A stretch of 64,000 nt of DNA from Monocercomonoides exilis PA203. Lineage: Eukaryota; Protista; Preaxostyla. Below the pieces are notes generated by a model, which worked only from the letters and a program-made list of their open reading frames with translations, had not been told where the DNA came from and ran no database searches. Of the stretch, positions 1 to 14,726 are shown in pieces; within the stretch, counting starts at the first letter, position 1; every line of letters starts with the position of its first letter. The stretch spans positions 248,001-312,000 of the forward strand of contig LSRY02000050.1 in assembly GCA_001643675.2 (NCBI GenBank), given 5' to 3'. A program made the translations under genes and the position numbers.

Positions 1-451
1 ATCCGTTTTTTATAAAAACCGACACAATTATTTTCTTTTGATTTTTTCCTTTCTTTTGATATTATTTAACCAATATGAGTATAAATGCCAGTTGTTTATG
101 CCAGTATTGGAGCAATCCAATTTGTTTTATTTGCGCAAATCAAAAATTACTTTTCATTTCATAATTCATGAAATTCTTCTTTTCATCAATTTTAAAAAAT
201 GTTAAAACGTGTGAATAACATAGTTTGAAGGTTGAACGATTAATGAATGTAATGTTGATATATTTTTAATCGTTTGTTGGTGCAAAAAATTTTGACAGTT
301 TTTTTAACATTTTGATCCTTATGATCTTTGAAAGAATTTGGCGAAAACAACAAAAATCATTCGCAAAACAGCATTATTATGATTCAAATAATTTATCTAT
401 GTTTTTGCAATCAATTATACTAACATAAAAAATATTTGTTTATTAAAATAT

Positions 452-600
452 TAGATGAATTGCACAATTTTTGTGTAATTATGAAATTTTTGAAAAAATT
501 TGAAATTCGTATATGTTATTTTGAAATAATCGAGTAATTTTGAAATTTTTCGGAAGAATTGAAAATAAGGCAGTTATTTTAAGTTCCACCAACAAATTTC
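452..600. repeat. Degenerate ~19-20 bp AT-rich tandem repeat (TTTTGAAAT core)
   Basis: Periodic ttttgaaataatcgagtaa / ttttgaaatttttcggaag / aattgaaaataaggcagtta. The same core occurs at 9380-9550. Confidence 0.45.
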
Positions 601-966
601 AAGTTAAAAAAATTGTGGGAAAATCTCAAATTTTTCTCAATTTTTTCCCCTTTTTAATATAACTGAAAGGATGTAAAAATAATAAGTGTTTTATTAATTC
701 AATTAAAAGAAACATTTATTATTGATTATATTCAACAATTTGTGGATGGAAAAATTTTGTTTCGTTGCCAAAAAAAAGTTCGAAAAATTTTCTTGGAAGA
801 GTTTGGAAAAACAGGAAGTAACAAGTCACAAACATGTGATGAAAATGTTTAATTTGAGTGTATTTAATGATAACAAAGAAAACCTGACATTACTTCTCAT
901 GAATTCAGATGACATGTTAAAAAAGCATTCAATGAAAATTTTCAGAAAAAGAAACAATTGAGATAA

Positions 967-3354
967 TTAAATAGTATTTCTAGGCATTGGAAAACTGTCA
1001 GTGATTAAAGAATTTGACATTTTTCTTATCAATTTTCTTTCTGAACTGGCTTTTGAGTTGATCTCCTTTATCAATTTTTTTTCCATCTCTTTTCTGATGG
1101 AGTATTCTGTCACTTTTCGATAGAACACTCCATCAGCTGGTTCCAAAGAATTACTGTCAATAACGATGTTGGTTAGCCAACATGCTATTTTTGCATCTGC
1201 ATCAATATTCTGTTTTCCACCTGTATACTTATCCGACAATCTGAGCCATAACTTTTTAAGTCGGCCAAAAAAACCATTCCACTGGGATTCTGAACTTTGC
1301 TAGACTTTTATTGAAATTTTCGATTGACTTTTCCATTCTGCCTTGAGATTGACTTTTGTTGCAAGTGGAAGAAGTCATTGAATTACTTGCATTTGAAGAA
1401 GGAAGAGGAGGGTGTGATGCGCAGGGATGAATTGTATCGTTGTTTGAGCTTGAAGTTATAAAAGACGTGTCCGTGGAATTCTGTGAACATGTGTTCGGAA
1501 CAGGTGAAAAAGCCAAAGAAAAAGAAGAATTGAGAATTGATGAAGGGGATTGAGGAATTGAACTTGTTAACGAAGCGAGATGAACTGAAGATGAAGGAGA
1601 AAAAAGTGAAGAAGAAGAAGGAGATTGATTTTGATTTGTGAAACTTGATTTCGAGAGAGGCAAGAATGCAGACGATGAATTTGATTTGGAAGATGAAGAA
1701 AAAGATTGAGGCATTTCTGACACTGAACATGAGACAGCAGCAGACGATGTGGAAATTTCAGAATTCAAAGAGTTGAACGAAGAATCTGATGAATAAATAA
1801 TCTCCGCAGATTCAAATGAAGTTGAAGATGAAATATCATCAGAGATAGTTGAAGAAGGAGAAGGAGAGCAAGAGGAAGAAGAAGTTTCTAATGAAAATGA
1901 CGAAGCCAAAGAAGGAGAGGAAGAAGAAGATGTGGATGGAGAAGATGAGCTTAACGATGAGTTGCATGGAAAAGAATTGGGAGATGAACATGAAATGAAT
2001 GTTGAAGGTGTCAAACATAATTTTCTTTGACATGAAGATAATTTGCTGTTCGTTGAGTGTTTTTTAATTGGTGTTATGACATCGATATCCGTGAAATGAC
2101 CCTGATAGCCTTTGTCTGCAACAATTGCCCATCTGTCTGTGTGAAGAGTACAGTAATATTTTTCTTTTTCTTTGTCCGTCATCTTCAAATATTGGACATA
2201 TCTTTCTTTTCCTTCACGAAACAAAGCCACATCATGAACACCTCCCATTACAGCATTTGACACAAATAAAGCTTTATGTGGATACCATGCGGAAACAGCA
2301 ACTTCAAATTTCATGCTGTAAACTTGATGGTGTCCATCGTATAGCAGCTTTGAATCTTCAAATGGAATTGGAGGAGTAGAAACTTTGATGGTTGTCGCAT
2401 CAACCAAAAGAGCAACTTGTGGATAATCTTCATTCAAAGGCAATTGAGGTCTTGGAGGATTGATGAACATCTTTTCCAGTGCATTTAATAAAAAGGTCTT
2501 ATATTCTTGATCGAATTGCAAGCCATTGATTCTGAAATTCCAAGAGAAAAGGCAATTCTTTTTAACGTTGTTTTGCTTGAAAGCCATTCCAAATAAACAA
2601 CAATTTCGTCATGTGTTGTCAATCTTTTCTTTGGACCCTGTTTTGGAATTGCGCTTATTTCTGATTGAACTAAGTTGCCTAATTCAATAAGAAAGTCAAT
2701 TGTTAGCCGAAGATGTTCATCATCTGGGTTATTCAATAGAGAATCAAAAAGAACTCCGTAGGTTTCATTATCATCCTCATTTTTTCGGTGTGAATTTCCA
2801 TTTGATTTATTTCTTCAAGTTGTAAATCTCTTCTCTCTTTCAATGAGTTGAAATCTGGTAATTTATTTCTTTTTGAAGCAATTTTTCCTTTTTTCTTCTT
2901 AGGTTTTGTTTCATTGCTTGAAGCGTTCAACTGTTCAGGCTTGCCCCTCTTCTCAGATTTTGCCGCCTTCGATAATTCAGTTGGAGAATTGTCAGAATTG
3001 TCAGAAGAGGAATATTGATCTCGCTCTTCTGATTCTCTTCTGTTGAAGCAAACCGAACCGATTTTACGTTTTGAAGGAGTGTAGTCAGAAAGTGAGTTTG
3101 AATCTGATTGATCTTTGTCTATTGAAGTGTTTTGCATCACTGTTGCTTCGATATCACTTGTTGAGCAGTCTTCATGACTTACAGTTTTATTTTGGGGAAG
3201 AGTTTGTCTGCAAATAATTCTTCAAAAAATTTCCAATGGAATGACTTTCAACAAACCTCAAATTACTTATTTCGTTGCTTTGTTCCGGCAACCCAAAGAA
3301 TATTGTTCCAAACAAAGATGAGGGAAGAGCTGTCATGTTGTTTCTGTTTGACAT
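967..3354 (-). mobile_element. PHIS-superfamily (PIF/Harbinger/ISL2EU, DDE_Tnp_4-like) transposase gene, split by three 1-nt frameshifts
   Basis: ORFs 2733-3140, 2485-2736, 1256-2587 and 967-1239 join into one protein. It has an HTH (RLTTHDEIVVYLEWLSSKTTLKRIAFSLGISESMACNSI), then LLVDAT, YDGHHQVYSMK, GGVHD, WAIVADKGYQG, ITPIKK and FNKSLAKFRIPVEWFFG(RLK..W), which are the DDE_Tnp_4 motifs. The start at ATG 3354 with a 49-nt intron (3208-3256) is tentative. TIRs not found. Confidence 0.88.
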
Positions 3355-4329
3355 AATGAAATTAATGGGAATATATCATGAAACTTGTTCATTCATCCAT
3401 GACTTTAGATACATTTAAGATATTATGTAAATGATGAATGTTGAAATAAATGTTTGAAGAAACAGTTGGTTTTATTCACTTTTCTATCTTTTCTTTCAAT
3501 CTTTCTTTTTTTGAAATATTGATTTCAGTAGTGAATAAATATTAGAAAATATTTTGTGACTTGCATTGCCTGTGAAACCATGAATGCAATCATTGAAAGC
3601 AATCATTAATAAATCGAAGCAGTGCCTTCAATGAAACAAATGACATTCTATGTCTTTTAATGAAGAAAAAATTGACAAAAACCGATGATTGAAAGGAAAA
3701 AAGCGGCGTTGTCATCCGATTCATAAAGTTTGTTTCCATTAAACCACAACAAATATGATCCGAAAATGAACAGATCATATCCATGGAAATGATTTACCGC
3801 TGGATAAAGAAAAAAAGAATCAAATATTCACAAGCGATATACTGATTTTTTATTTGTTTTTGAATTAATGGATTTCTTCTACTGTTATATCTCTTCACGT
3901 AGCAATCGAATTACTGTGCGTGGATCATATAGTCGTTTGAATAATCTGAGTTGAATGTGAATATTTGTTCAAAGTCTTATTGAACAAAATGTTGATAAAA
4001 AAGGAAATACAACTAATTTTTGAACCGCTCTATCAGTAATTAGACACAAGATACAGGATTTGGAGCTTTTCACAGACTAGATATAAAATCCAACAATACG
4101 CAGTTTTGTTTAACAATTTTTCCATGGAGAACGAGCATACAAACATTTTGCCTTATGGTTTTATTGATATCAACTTTATCCATCACGTTACGAATCCTCC
4201 AAAATATAACTTGACATTATTTGAAATTTCATATTTTGCAATATGAAAAGATTCTGAAATGTCTTTCACATCTTTTTTGCTCATGCTGCATACAGATCAG
4301 CCTTTCCATTCCGAAGGCAAAGAAGCGAA

Positions 4330-5672
4330 GAAAAGAAAATGACTGGGGTGTTTGATCAGTCCATGCGGCTGTCACCACGTGTGATGCAGACACTGAATGG
4401 ATATGCTGTGGTGCTTTCGGCGACAATTTCAGTTTCGCTGGTGAATCTGCATCTTCTTCTTGCAACGTTGGTGTGTTAGTTGTTTAGGAGAAAGTGGATC
4501 TAAGTTTCGAACTGCGTGAACGCGTTCCATTTGATCTGCATTCTGTTTTATCCTTCTAAGTTACAACCTTCCACAGCTCAACTGGTGTTCCGATCTGCTC
4601 AGTCGAGGAGTGTGACTGTGAAGACAGATGACGAAGTGATAAGATGAGGAGTTGTCGAGAATGAAGTGTGGAAGATTGAGGAGATAGTGGTGAAACTGGC
4701 AAGGAAGATTCTGGAGCTGAGGGAGAAACACAATGCAAAGGTGAAGGAGCTGATGGAGCAGCTGGTGGAGATGAAGAAGAACATAGAGCTCAACAAGGAG
4801 GAGTGGTGAGTGTGGTTAGCAAACAGATACTAATTGTTTGGCGATGCATGCTGACATGCTTTTTTCACTGTCCTCTGCATAGTGCGGGATGGTTTTATCT
4901 TTGGCTTTGTTGATTCTGCAGTTGGGGCCGTGTGAAAAGAACCAGGAGAAAATTGCAGTAATTATCAAATATGGAAGTGCTGTGGTCCTTGTGGCACACA
5001 CAAGTGGAATAGGAGTTGTTGTGAAGTTGGGTGTTGGGTGAGCTTTGCCGGAGAAGGAAACTGCTGTGGAGGAGAAGATAAAAGGAGGGGAGCAAATCCT
5101 GGGATCAGAGAATGATCGGAGAAGAACGACGCTGGAGTCAATTGTGGAAGCATTGATGATTCTGGTGGTTGTTGTGAAGGAGGAGTGAATACAACTTTGC
5201 GGAAGAAGATAAACGAGAAGGAGAAGGAAATGAAGATGCTAAGGGAGCTATCGAAAGTGTATGAGCGGATGATAATAGAGAAGAAGGCGCTGTTCAATGA
5301 GGTGATTGTGAATGAGCAAATGATTCTTGCAAGATAGAAGCAGCAGCAGTTGTAAATAAAAGCGTCGCATGAAGAGAAGGTGGCGCGGCTTGTTGGGGGG
5401 AAATGAGCTGGAGGAGAAGGTGTGGGGAGGGGGAGGGCATTGTTGGAGGTAGAGAATGCGGGACAAATAAGAAAGGGGCGAGAGAGTGGTACAGAACAAA
5501 GAGGAGATGGATGAACAGAATAGGAGCCGAAGAAAACGAAGAAGAAGAAGAAGAAGAAAAAAAAAAAGAAAACGAAGAGGATAAAGAGGAAGATGAAAAA
5601 GAAAAGAAAGAGGAGGAAGAAAAGGAGGAGGAAGAAGAGGAAGAAGAGGAAGAAGAGGAAGAAGAGGAAGAA

Positions 5673-5704
<32 letters not shown>

Positions 5705-5717
5705 AGAAGAGGTAGAA

Positions 5718-5770
<53 letters not shown>

Positions 5771-6000
5771 AGAGGAAGAAGAGGAAGAAGAGGAAGAAGA
5801 GGAAAGGGGAGAGAAGTGTGAAAAGGCAGAAAATAAATAGATGCAAGTTAGCTGAATGTGATTCAGCTTTCGCCACACCACGATGCGAAGAGAAAGCAGA
5901 AGAACTGAATGCTTGCTGCAACTCCAACAGTGGAATAGAAAGAGGCATGGAAGGCGACTGTTGTTCAGTGGCTGGGAAAGAAGCATGCAGAGCAGAAGAA
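4330..6000 (+). pseudogene. Decayed gene of an unknown coiled-coil family (homologous to 37241-38030)
   Basis: Frame reads FRSAQSRSVTVKTDDEVIR*GV...IEEIVVKL, which aligns with WRSQQSRRVVVKQDHEVMG*GV...VEEIVEKA at ~37.8 kb. Several in-frame stops and a poly-Glu tract. Confidence 0.55.
5538..5805 (+). repeat. (GAA/GAG)n purine microsatellite, 9-bp GAGGAAGAA period
   Basis: Directly visible. Confidence 0.95.
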
Positions 6001-7299
6001 GGGTGAGGCTGAATGATGGGAGAAGATCCACAGGGAAAAAAAATTCCGGAAGTTTTTTGATGATGTGTGGCTATCCGGGAGGTTCACGTGTAAGAAGTTC
6101 ACAAGAGATGAGCAATTATTTTTATTGTTTTTCAACATCGTGCTGTTGAAGATTCGTTGGAGAAGAAAATCAAGATGTTTTCTGATGTGTTAAAATGGTT
6201 GAAGTTGGAGAAGGTGAGGACAGAGTCATCTGCATTCTCGAATTTTTCTTGAACGACAACCAGACAGAAGCAGCGTAGCTGAAGGATGCGATTAATGCTC
6301 TGCATGATTTCATGTTTTGTTTCGATGTGATTTCTTCTTCGTGTTCGTTGCCAGGAGAAGCTTGTGGAAAGATCACGTCTGTTCAAAAGGAATCTCTTCT
6401 GCGAATGTGCAATCCACAGATTTCACAGGCGCTGTTGCTTTGTTCCTTCCGAGATGCACACATGTTGTCTGTGTGCAGTCCGCCTTCATTTGCTTCGGTG
6501 CTGGAAGCGTTCAAATATAACGACTTCTTCTTGTTGTGTCTTAGGAAACCGAATTTGTGTAATACAACTTACTGGAGAGTTCTTCTAACTTTGAATGAAT
6601 TCAGAGTGATTACGAAGAATGTGAACAGGAACTGCATCGCACTGTGAGTGTGCTTTCTGTTGCATCTGCGTGAAAATGGATGAGAGCATTGGTTGGGCTG
6701 AGGTGGTGAAAGGAGACTGCACAGAAGGATATCTCAAAGAAAGAAGGGCAGATGGCGCTGTTGCAAATGGTGCGGCTACTGGTGGTACTGCTGAGGCTGC
6801 AGCTGAAGAGGAATGAGGAAGAAATGTCGAAATGTTTTGAGATGCTGCTGTGGGATGGACAGTGAGTGATGAAGTTTCACGAGACGATGATATTGAAGAT
6901 GGAGAAGGAATTATATTTTGCCAAGATTCATCAGTATCTGCTTCTTCAGAACATCGTTTAGATCTCCTAAAGAACAAAGAATTGGTGATCAACAAAATGT
7001 TGCGGTCCTTTGAGCCATTATTTGATGTGATTGATCATTTGATTTCTCATCAAAAATTTTCATCAGTGTTGTAATCTTCATAGTTGCATTCTTCTTTTCC
7101 TTATTCTTTTTCTTTAATCTCCTGTTTCTTATCGCAATCATTTTCATTCAAAAAATTGTTCGAATGTAATAAATATATCTCGAATCTTGAGAAAGCATTG
7201 TTTTCTTTCATTTGATTTCCTTCAAAAAGGCAGGAAATGTTGAAGAAAAAGAATAATAAATGAGGAAGAAGAAGAAGAAGAAGAAAAGATGATGACGAC

Positions 7300-9000
7300 G
7301 AAAAATGTTTGAAAATTGATTTTCTGTCGGATTGACTGAAATTTGATTAAACATTCAGTTTTCCCCAAAAGAGATCAGGAGAAGAGATGGTATCAACAGC
7401 TATGGAATAGAAATGGAAGTTAAGACAAATGCTAGAGAAAGCAAGCCCAGATGATGTGAAATTATAAAAATGGTCGTTATCCGAAGTGATTCAATCTGCA
7501 ACAAATCGCACATTGTTGGCGTTTAACTGGAGAACATGAGCAGATGATAACGGAGCTGTAGCTAATGGAACTTTCATGGAGGGTTCGCAGAAAACTGTAG
7601 ACTTAGTGAGAAAAGAGTTGTGTAGTATCATGTTCCAACATTATAAGTTCCATTCTTCTCAAATACTCTTAAGTCATTAATATTCACTTTTTCTGAGCAA
7701 TTCACAAGAGCAAGTTCCTGTTGAAACTGAAATGAGAAAAACATTAGCTGCTTCAATTTTAACCTGGACAGTTGCGCTCATACCACTTTGTCCATATATC
7801 ACATAAGTATTGTCATCGAAGTCTACACTTCTTATTTCTGTTATTGTTCCTGTAAATATGTGAACTTCATTTGCATAACGTGGAAAAAGTTGATTTATAC
7901 AACGGCTGATAGAATTACACGGATAGCTTTCATTGATCCCACATGAAAAAGCACCTTTGGAATTTGGTTGAGCAGCAGTTGAAAAAACAAATCTGGTTCT
8001 TCCTCCAGCATCATTAAGCCATTCACTTTTGTCAATGTTTGAACCCGAGTTTGCACTAACTCTGTTTCCTATTTATCTGTTTGAACAACAGTTTGGATGA
8101 ATGTTGTTTAGCGTAAAGTCTTGAGAAGAATGCCATGTCCACCTTTCACACAAGTGTTATTGCGGAAAAAACAGTAGAAAAATTAAATTCCTTTATTCAC
8201 TGCATTGATTTGTGAGCAATCAGCACCTCCTGCTGTCATCGAAAAGCAATTGCAGAATAGGCAGTTATTTATTAATACATTGTCCATTGAAAGCCTATGC
8301 TCATTTTAACCACCTCCAGAACCTGAAGAGTTAAGAACACTGCAGTTGAAAAATAAACGAATTAATAACACATTTCTTCTGCCTCTCGGTTCTCTTTGCA
8401 CGCAGATCAATTGCCCCTCCGTCGTTGCCTGAAGAGTAATTTTGAAAGGAGCAATCATCAACCATTGTCTGTACATCAACATATTCTGATGAAATTCCTG
8501 CACCTCCAAGTCCATTGGTTCCTTTCGCTGAACGTTGAACAAATGTGGTATGGAGCAAAATACATTCTGCTATCTTCAATGCATCTATTCCTCCACATCC
8601 TGTAGAAGAAGCATTACATTTAGCAAAAGACGAATTTTCAATATAAAGAACGGTTTTTCACAGCCTTGGAAATAACGTGCACCTTCATGTTGCGATGCGC
8701 AACCATTCCATTTCCATAATGAAAATGACGAACTTTCTGTTGCATCCATTTTATTTTTCCTTGAATTTGAATATTATTCAATTCTCTCTCACCTTGAGAT
8801 AAGTATTTTTCATTTGAATTGCTCAAACCAAGATAAACAGTTAAAATGAATGCATAAGTTTTTTTTCAAATCTGAAAAATTTTTCACCGTGATAACTTGT
8901 GAAACACATTGTCCCTCATATATCTTGTTCAGAAACTTTCGTGATAAAATGCAACGAATCTTATGTCACCAGAAAACAAATATTCTAATTGATCAAAAAA
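7300..9000 (-). pseudogene. Pseudogene of the beta-helix (pectin-lyase-fold / Pmp-like GGAI) surface-protein family
   Basis: YIENSSFAKC...GLGGAGI...VDDCSFQNYSSGNDGGAIDL motifs with multiple stops and frameshifts. Boundaries approximate. Confidence 0.7.
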
Positions 9001-9475
9001 TAACATCAAATTTTTCTTTCAAGAGTCATTTTTTTTTGGATCCTGAAGTTTTTCAAGATATTCTTTCTCATTTGTGAATTATTGAATATTGATGATTAAT
9101 AATTGCAACGGAGCGTTTCATTACTTTCTCCAATTAACAAATATTTAGATCCTTTGAGACTTTTTTAAAAATTTTTGACCTTTATCATTCATATGAAAAA
9201 AAATTCAATGAAAACTTTCAAACTGTCATTATAATGTATTTGAAAAGAACAAAATAGAATTCAAAAGCTTATTTCGAATATTCATTAACTCATACTAAAT
9301 AATTTTGTTGAAAATTTCTTCTATAATTAATAACAATAAAAAAACAACAGAACATTTTTTTTAAAATATGATTAGAATAACTTCACGAATTTGCATAATA
9401 TATTTTTTCAGAGAAAAAATTTTGTCCACCTGAGTTATTGCAAAATTCCCCAAAAATTTCAAAATTTCCATAGAC

Positions 9476-9525
9476 AATTTCAAAATTATTGGGTAATTTT
9501 GAAATAACCCAATAATTTTGAAATT
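9476..9525. repeat. Perfect 19-bp inverted repeat with 12-nt spacer
   Basis: AATTTCAAAATTATTGGGT ... ACCCAATAATTTTGAAATT. Confidence 0.9.
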
Positions 9526-9539
9526 ATTTTTTATTTCAC

Positions 9540-11275
<1,736 letters not shown>

Positions 11276-11702
11276 TCGAGTATTGAGAGAATATAACTGT
11301 TCGTTCAAGACATATCAATAATTGATAATTTAAGACATTGAACGAATGTGGTGAATTTTTAGCGAAGATGTTCCTTTTTGTAATTATTCTTTGAATATTT
11401 AACTACTGATCCTCAAAGAGACAAATTAATCATAAGCAATTATTACATTTTTATTTCACACAACAATAATTTGATAATAAAAAAATATTTGAGCAGAAGA
11501 CGGGAACATTAAATGAAAAATAAGATGAAGAACAGATGGAGGATGAAGAAAGAAAAGTAATTGGAAAAGCCTACGAAGCTGAAAAAGATATTTTCTGCTC
11601 TTCATCAATATTCTTCTCTCTTCTTCTTCTTCTGTTAGCCTATGTTTTTTGTTTTCAAAGATATAATTCCCGAAATGTTTGAAACAGAATAGAGCTTTTG
11701 AT

Positions 11703-13155
11703 TTAAACGTGAACAAAATAATCAGAAATATTCAACAACAAAAAGTCACAAAATGTTTCGTTGAGAAAATCCAACATCCCATGAAAGCTTGTGATGACAT
11801 CTTCGTATCCTTCTTCTTCCAGCTTTTCGAATATCTCCATTTTTGTTGATTTTCTTTCCTCTTCTTCCTTTTCATCTTTATTCTTTTGTTTGAATTTCCT
11901 TGAAACATTCACAAGGAATTTCAAGCAATCATTTACAATTAAGTCATTCAATGTTCGTTGCTGTATCTCCTCCAAAACAGCATCAATTGCACCACTTTTC
12001 AACAAATCTTCAACTCTCACATCTCTCCTTTCTGCTGCAATTTTCAAGGGATAAATGCATTGATTGCTAATTACTCCACTATTCCCTTTTGCTGCTCGAT
12101 ATACCTGGACAATGCTATTGATTAGCCCAACATATTCTTCATTCCACAATGAGCATTAGAAGAAAAAATTATTCAATGTTTCGAGCCATCTCACCAATGT
12201 AAGCTCTTCTTTCGCTTCTTCTTTGTTCATTTCCTCTCCTTCTTTCTTCTTCCAATCCATATTTCTTGTTAGCTCTTCCAATTCTCTTGCTGCCTCTCTT
12301 CCGAAATGCAGCTCATTCACAATAACATCTTCTAAGCTTCTGTCATATCTCAATCTGAACATCAAAAAATTTCAAACAGATTGATAAGCAAACCGTGTCA
12401 GATTGCGATGTTCCTTTTGATATTCACTGATCTCCTTTATCTCCTTCAAATAAAGTTCTTGCCTCAAATCCTGGTAATAGATAATAAAAATAATAACAAT
12501 ATCAAAAAGGAAATAACATCGTTCATACATAAAATTGGTCAACACAACTCAAAGCCAATAAAGCCATTTCCACTTCTTTCTGAGTCTCCTCGCTTTCCTC
12601 TTTCTTCAATGCAGATTTCAGAAGGCAAGGCACACATATCAAAATCAACTCCGAAGAAGCCCACCTGCTCAACAAAAGATAGCATTCACAAGCATCAACA
12701 AAAAGCTTAGCTTTCTTTTCATCTTTTTTCCTCTCTTCATTGATAATCATATTCGCCAATCTTTTCTTCAATGAAGATTTTTCAAATCCATCAATATACA
12801 TATTTTTTAACACTCCCCAATATCCTATGTTTTTCAATAGAATAACTGCATTTTCCATCGATATTTTCCTTTCTTCAATCATTTTGTGAATTTTGTTGAA
12901 CATTTCCAAGTCGACGATATCATAAAATTCTTCTTTGTTCATATTGCCAATAAGTTCATTTTGTTTTTCGGTTTTGACTTTCTGTCCATCCTCATTGCAA
13001 TTTTCCAGTTCAGTAAACAATTCTAAAAAAAAATAATAATGAAAGAAATCAGCAAACGCAAATTCATTAATAACACAAGTGCACACCAATGAATTTCTCG
13101 ATGACTTTCTTCATCCTCTTTTTTGAAAATTCATTTCATCAGAAAACAATGACAT
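11703..13155 (-). pseudogene. Family A copy A1 (3-exon helical/ARM-like protein), disrupted
   Basis: Family motifs ENAVILLK.IGY, NELHFGREAARELEEL, VEDLL.SGA and FEKLEEEGYED, with frameshifts/stops near 12700, 12370-12420 and 12155. Confidence 0.85.
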
Positions 13156-14726
13156 TTTTTATCATTCATATCGAATGAGATTACGTTTGTAAATTTGCAA
13201 TTGATGGAGAACAATAACGAGCATAAAAAAATTTATTTTAGAGTGTTCACACAGTGTTTCTTGAAGCTTGTATTTTTTGCATCCAATTTAAAGGATAAAC
13301 AATTATTTCTCTTTCAAATTTTTTTGTAATGGAGATTGTGATCGAAATGCATTCAAAAAATTTAAAGCACAAATTTCTGGATTTTCACATTTTTTATTGT
13401 TCTATTTTGTTATCAATGTTTTCTGTCTGTCTCCCTTCCAAGTCCAAAAAAAAAAAGAAAAAAGAAAAAAAGAAAAGAGAAAGAGAAAAAAATTGCTAGG
13501 ATTGGAAATCATTTTCTTTTTAATACCGAATCCTGAAAAAGGGACTGATAAAAATATTTGCATAAGTAAATTAAAGATTGTGAGCGTGAAACAAATGAAT
13601 GAAGGGGGAAATGTGTATTCAACTGATTCTTAATTGAATGATTTGCAAAAGAACGGAATTTGAAAATAACATTTGAAAAAAGTTCATTGGCAAATGGGTA
13701 TGATACGACCAGTGAAAAATTCATATCATAACGATTTCTTTTTCATATTCCTACTAGATGAATCATAGTTCAATGAAGGTATAGTCTATTTTCATCATCA
13801 ATTTTCACAAAGAAAGAAACTATAATTTTTTCTATTTTTGAAATTATGACAAAAAAATTATTTTCGTATTGAAGCCCCAATATCTTCATAAATGATGTTA
13901 AAATGAAATTACTTTTAGGATAAACCCTAATTCATAGAGTTCTGTTGTTAAAATTAGTTAATAGGGTAAAAAAACCTTAAAGAAAACGTGATTAAATTAA
14001 ATGATGGGGTTGATCAAAGATTTTTATCTCTTAAAGATTTATTATGTTGGTCGATAATTTAATTTTTGAATAGAATTTTATAACTGATCTTAATTGATGA
14101 GTTCGTAAAGCTCAGTTTCGATACAGTTTTAGGTGTTTTCAAGAAAAAAATCATTACTGGCCGTATAATACCCTTTTGCCAGTTCATTGTCAAATCAAAC
14201 CACCATTTGAGAAAATGTCAATGAAACAGAGAATACCTGCTTCAAAACTGATCATTGCTTGATTGTGGCGGAATGGAAATGTCAAACATGTTGATGAGAT
14301 CTTGATTCACTTTTGTTTTGACGTTTAACCACTCTTTTAGAAACGTTCATTCTCTTATCACTCAACCCCTTTTTCTTTTGTTTTGAAATAGTTTCAAAAC
14401 TCAACTTCAAAGATTCAGTTTTGCTCTCCTCCTCTTTTTAATTTCACAGAAACATACTTCTTCCCCTCTTCAATACTTTTACGAATATCTCATCTGCTTT
14501 CTCTTTGAAATCTCGGATTATTTGAATGTTTCAATTTTTTGATCCAAGAAAAAAATGCTTATATAAGAATAGAACGATTTCAAGCACAAGATAGATAATA
14601 ATGAAATTGAAATAAATACTTGGAACAACAAAAATATCTTATTTGATCTCTCTAATAATAGAATTAATGTTTGAAATAATATTGGTTTGGATCAAATAAA
14701 TAATTTGTTTATGAGAATACTCTGAA

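Noticed and set aside
13921-13970. Telomere-like CCCTAA / TAGGG hairpin
   Set aside because: Single units with a 6-bp stem, expected by chance.
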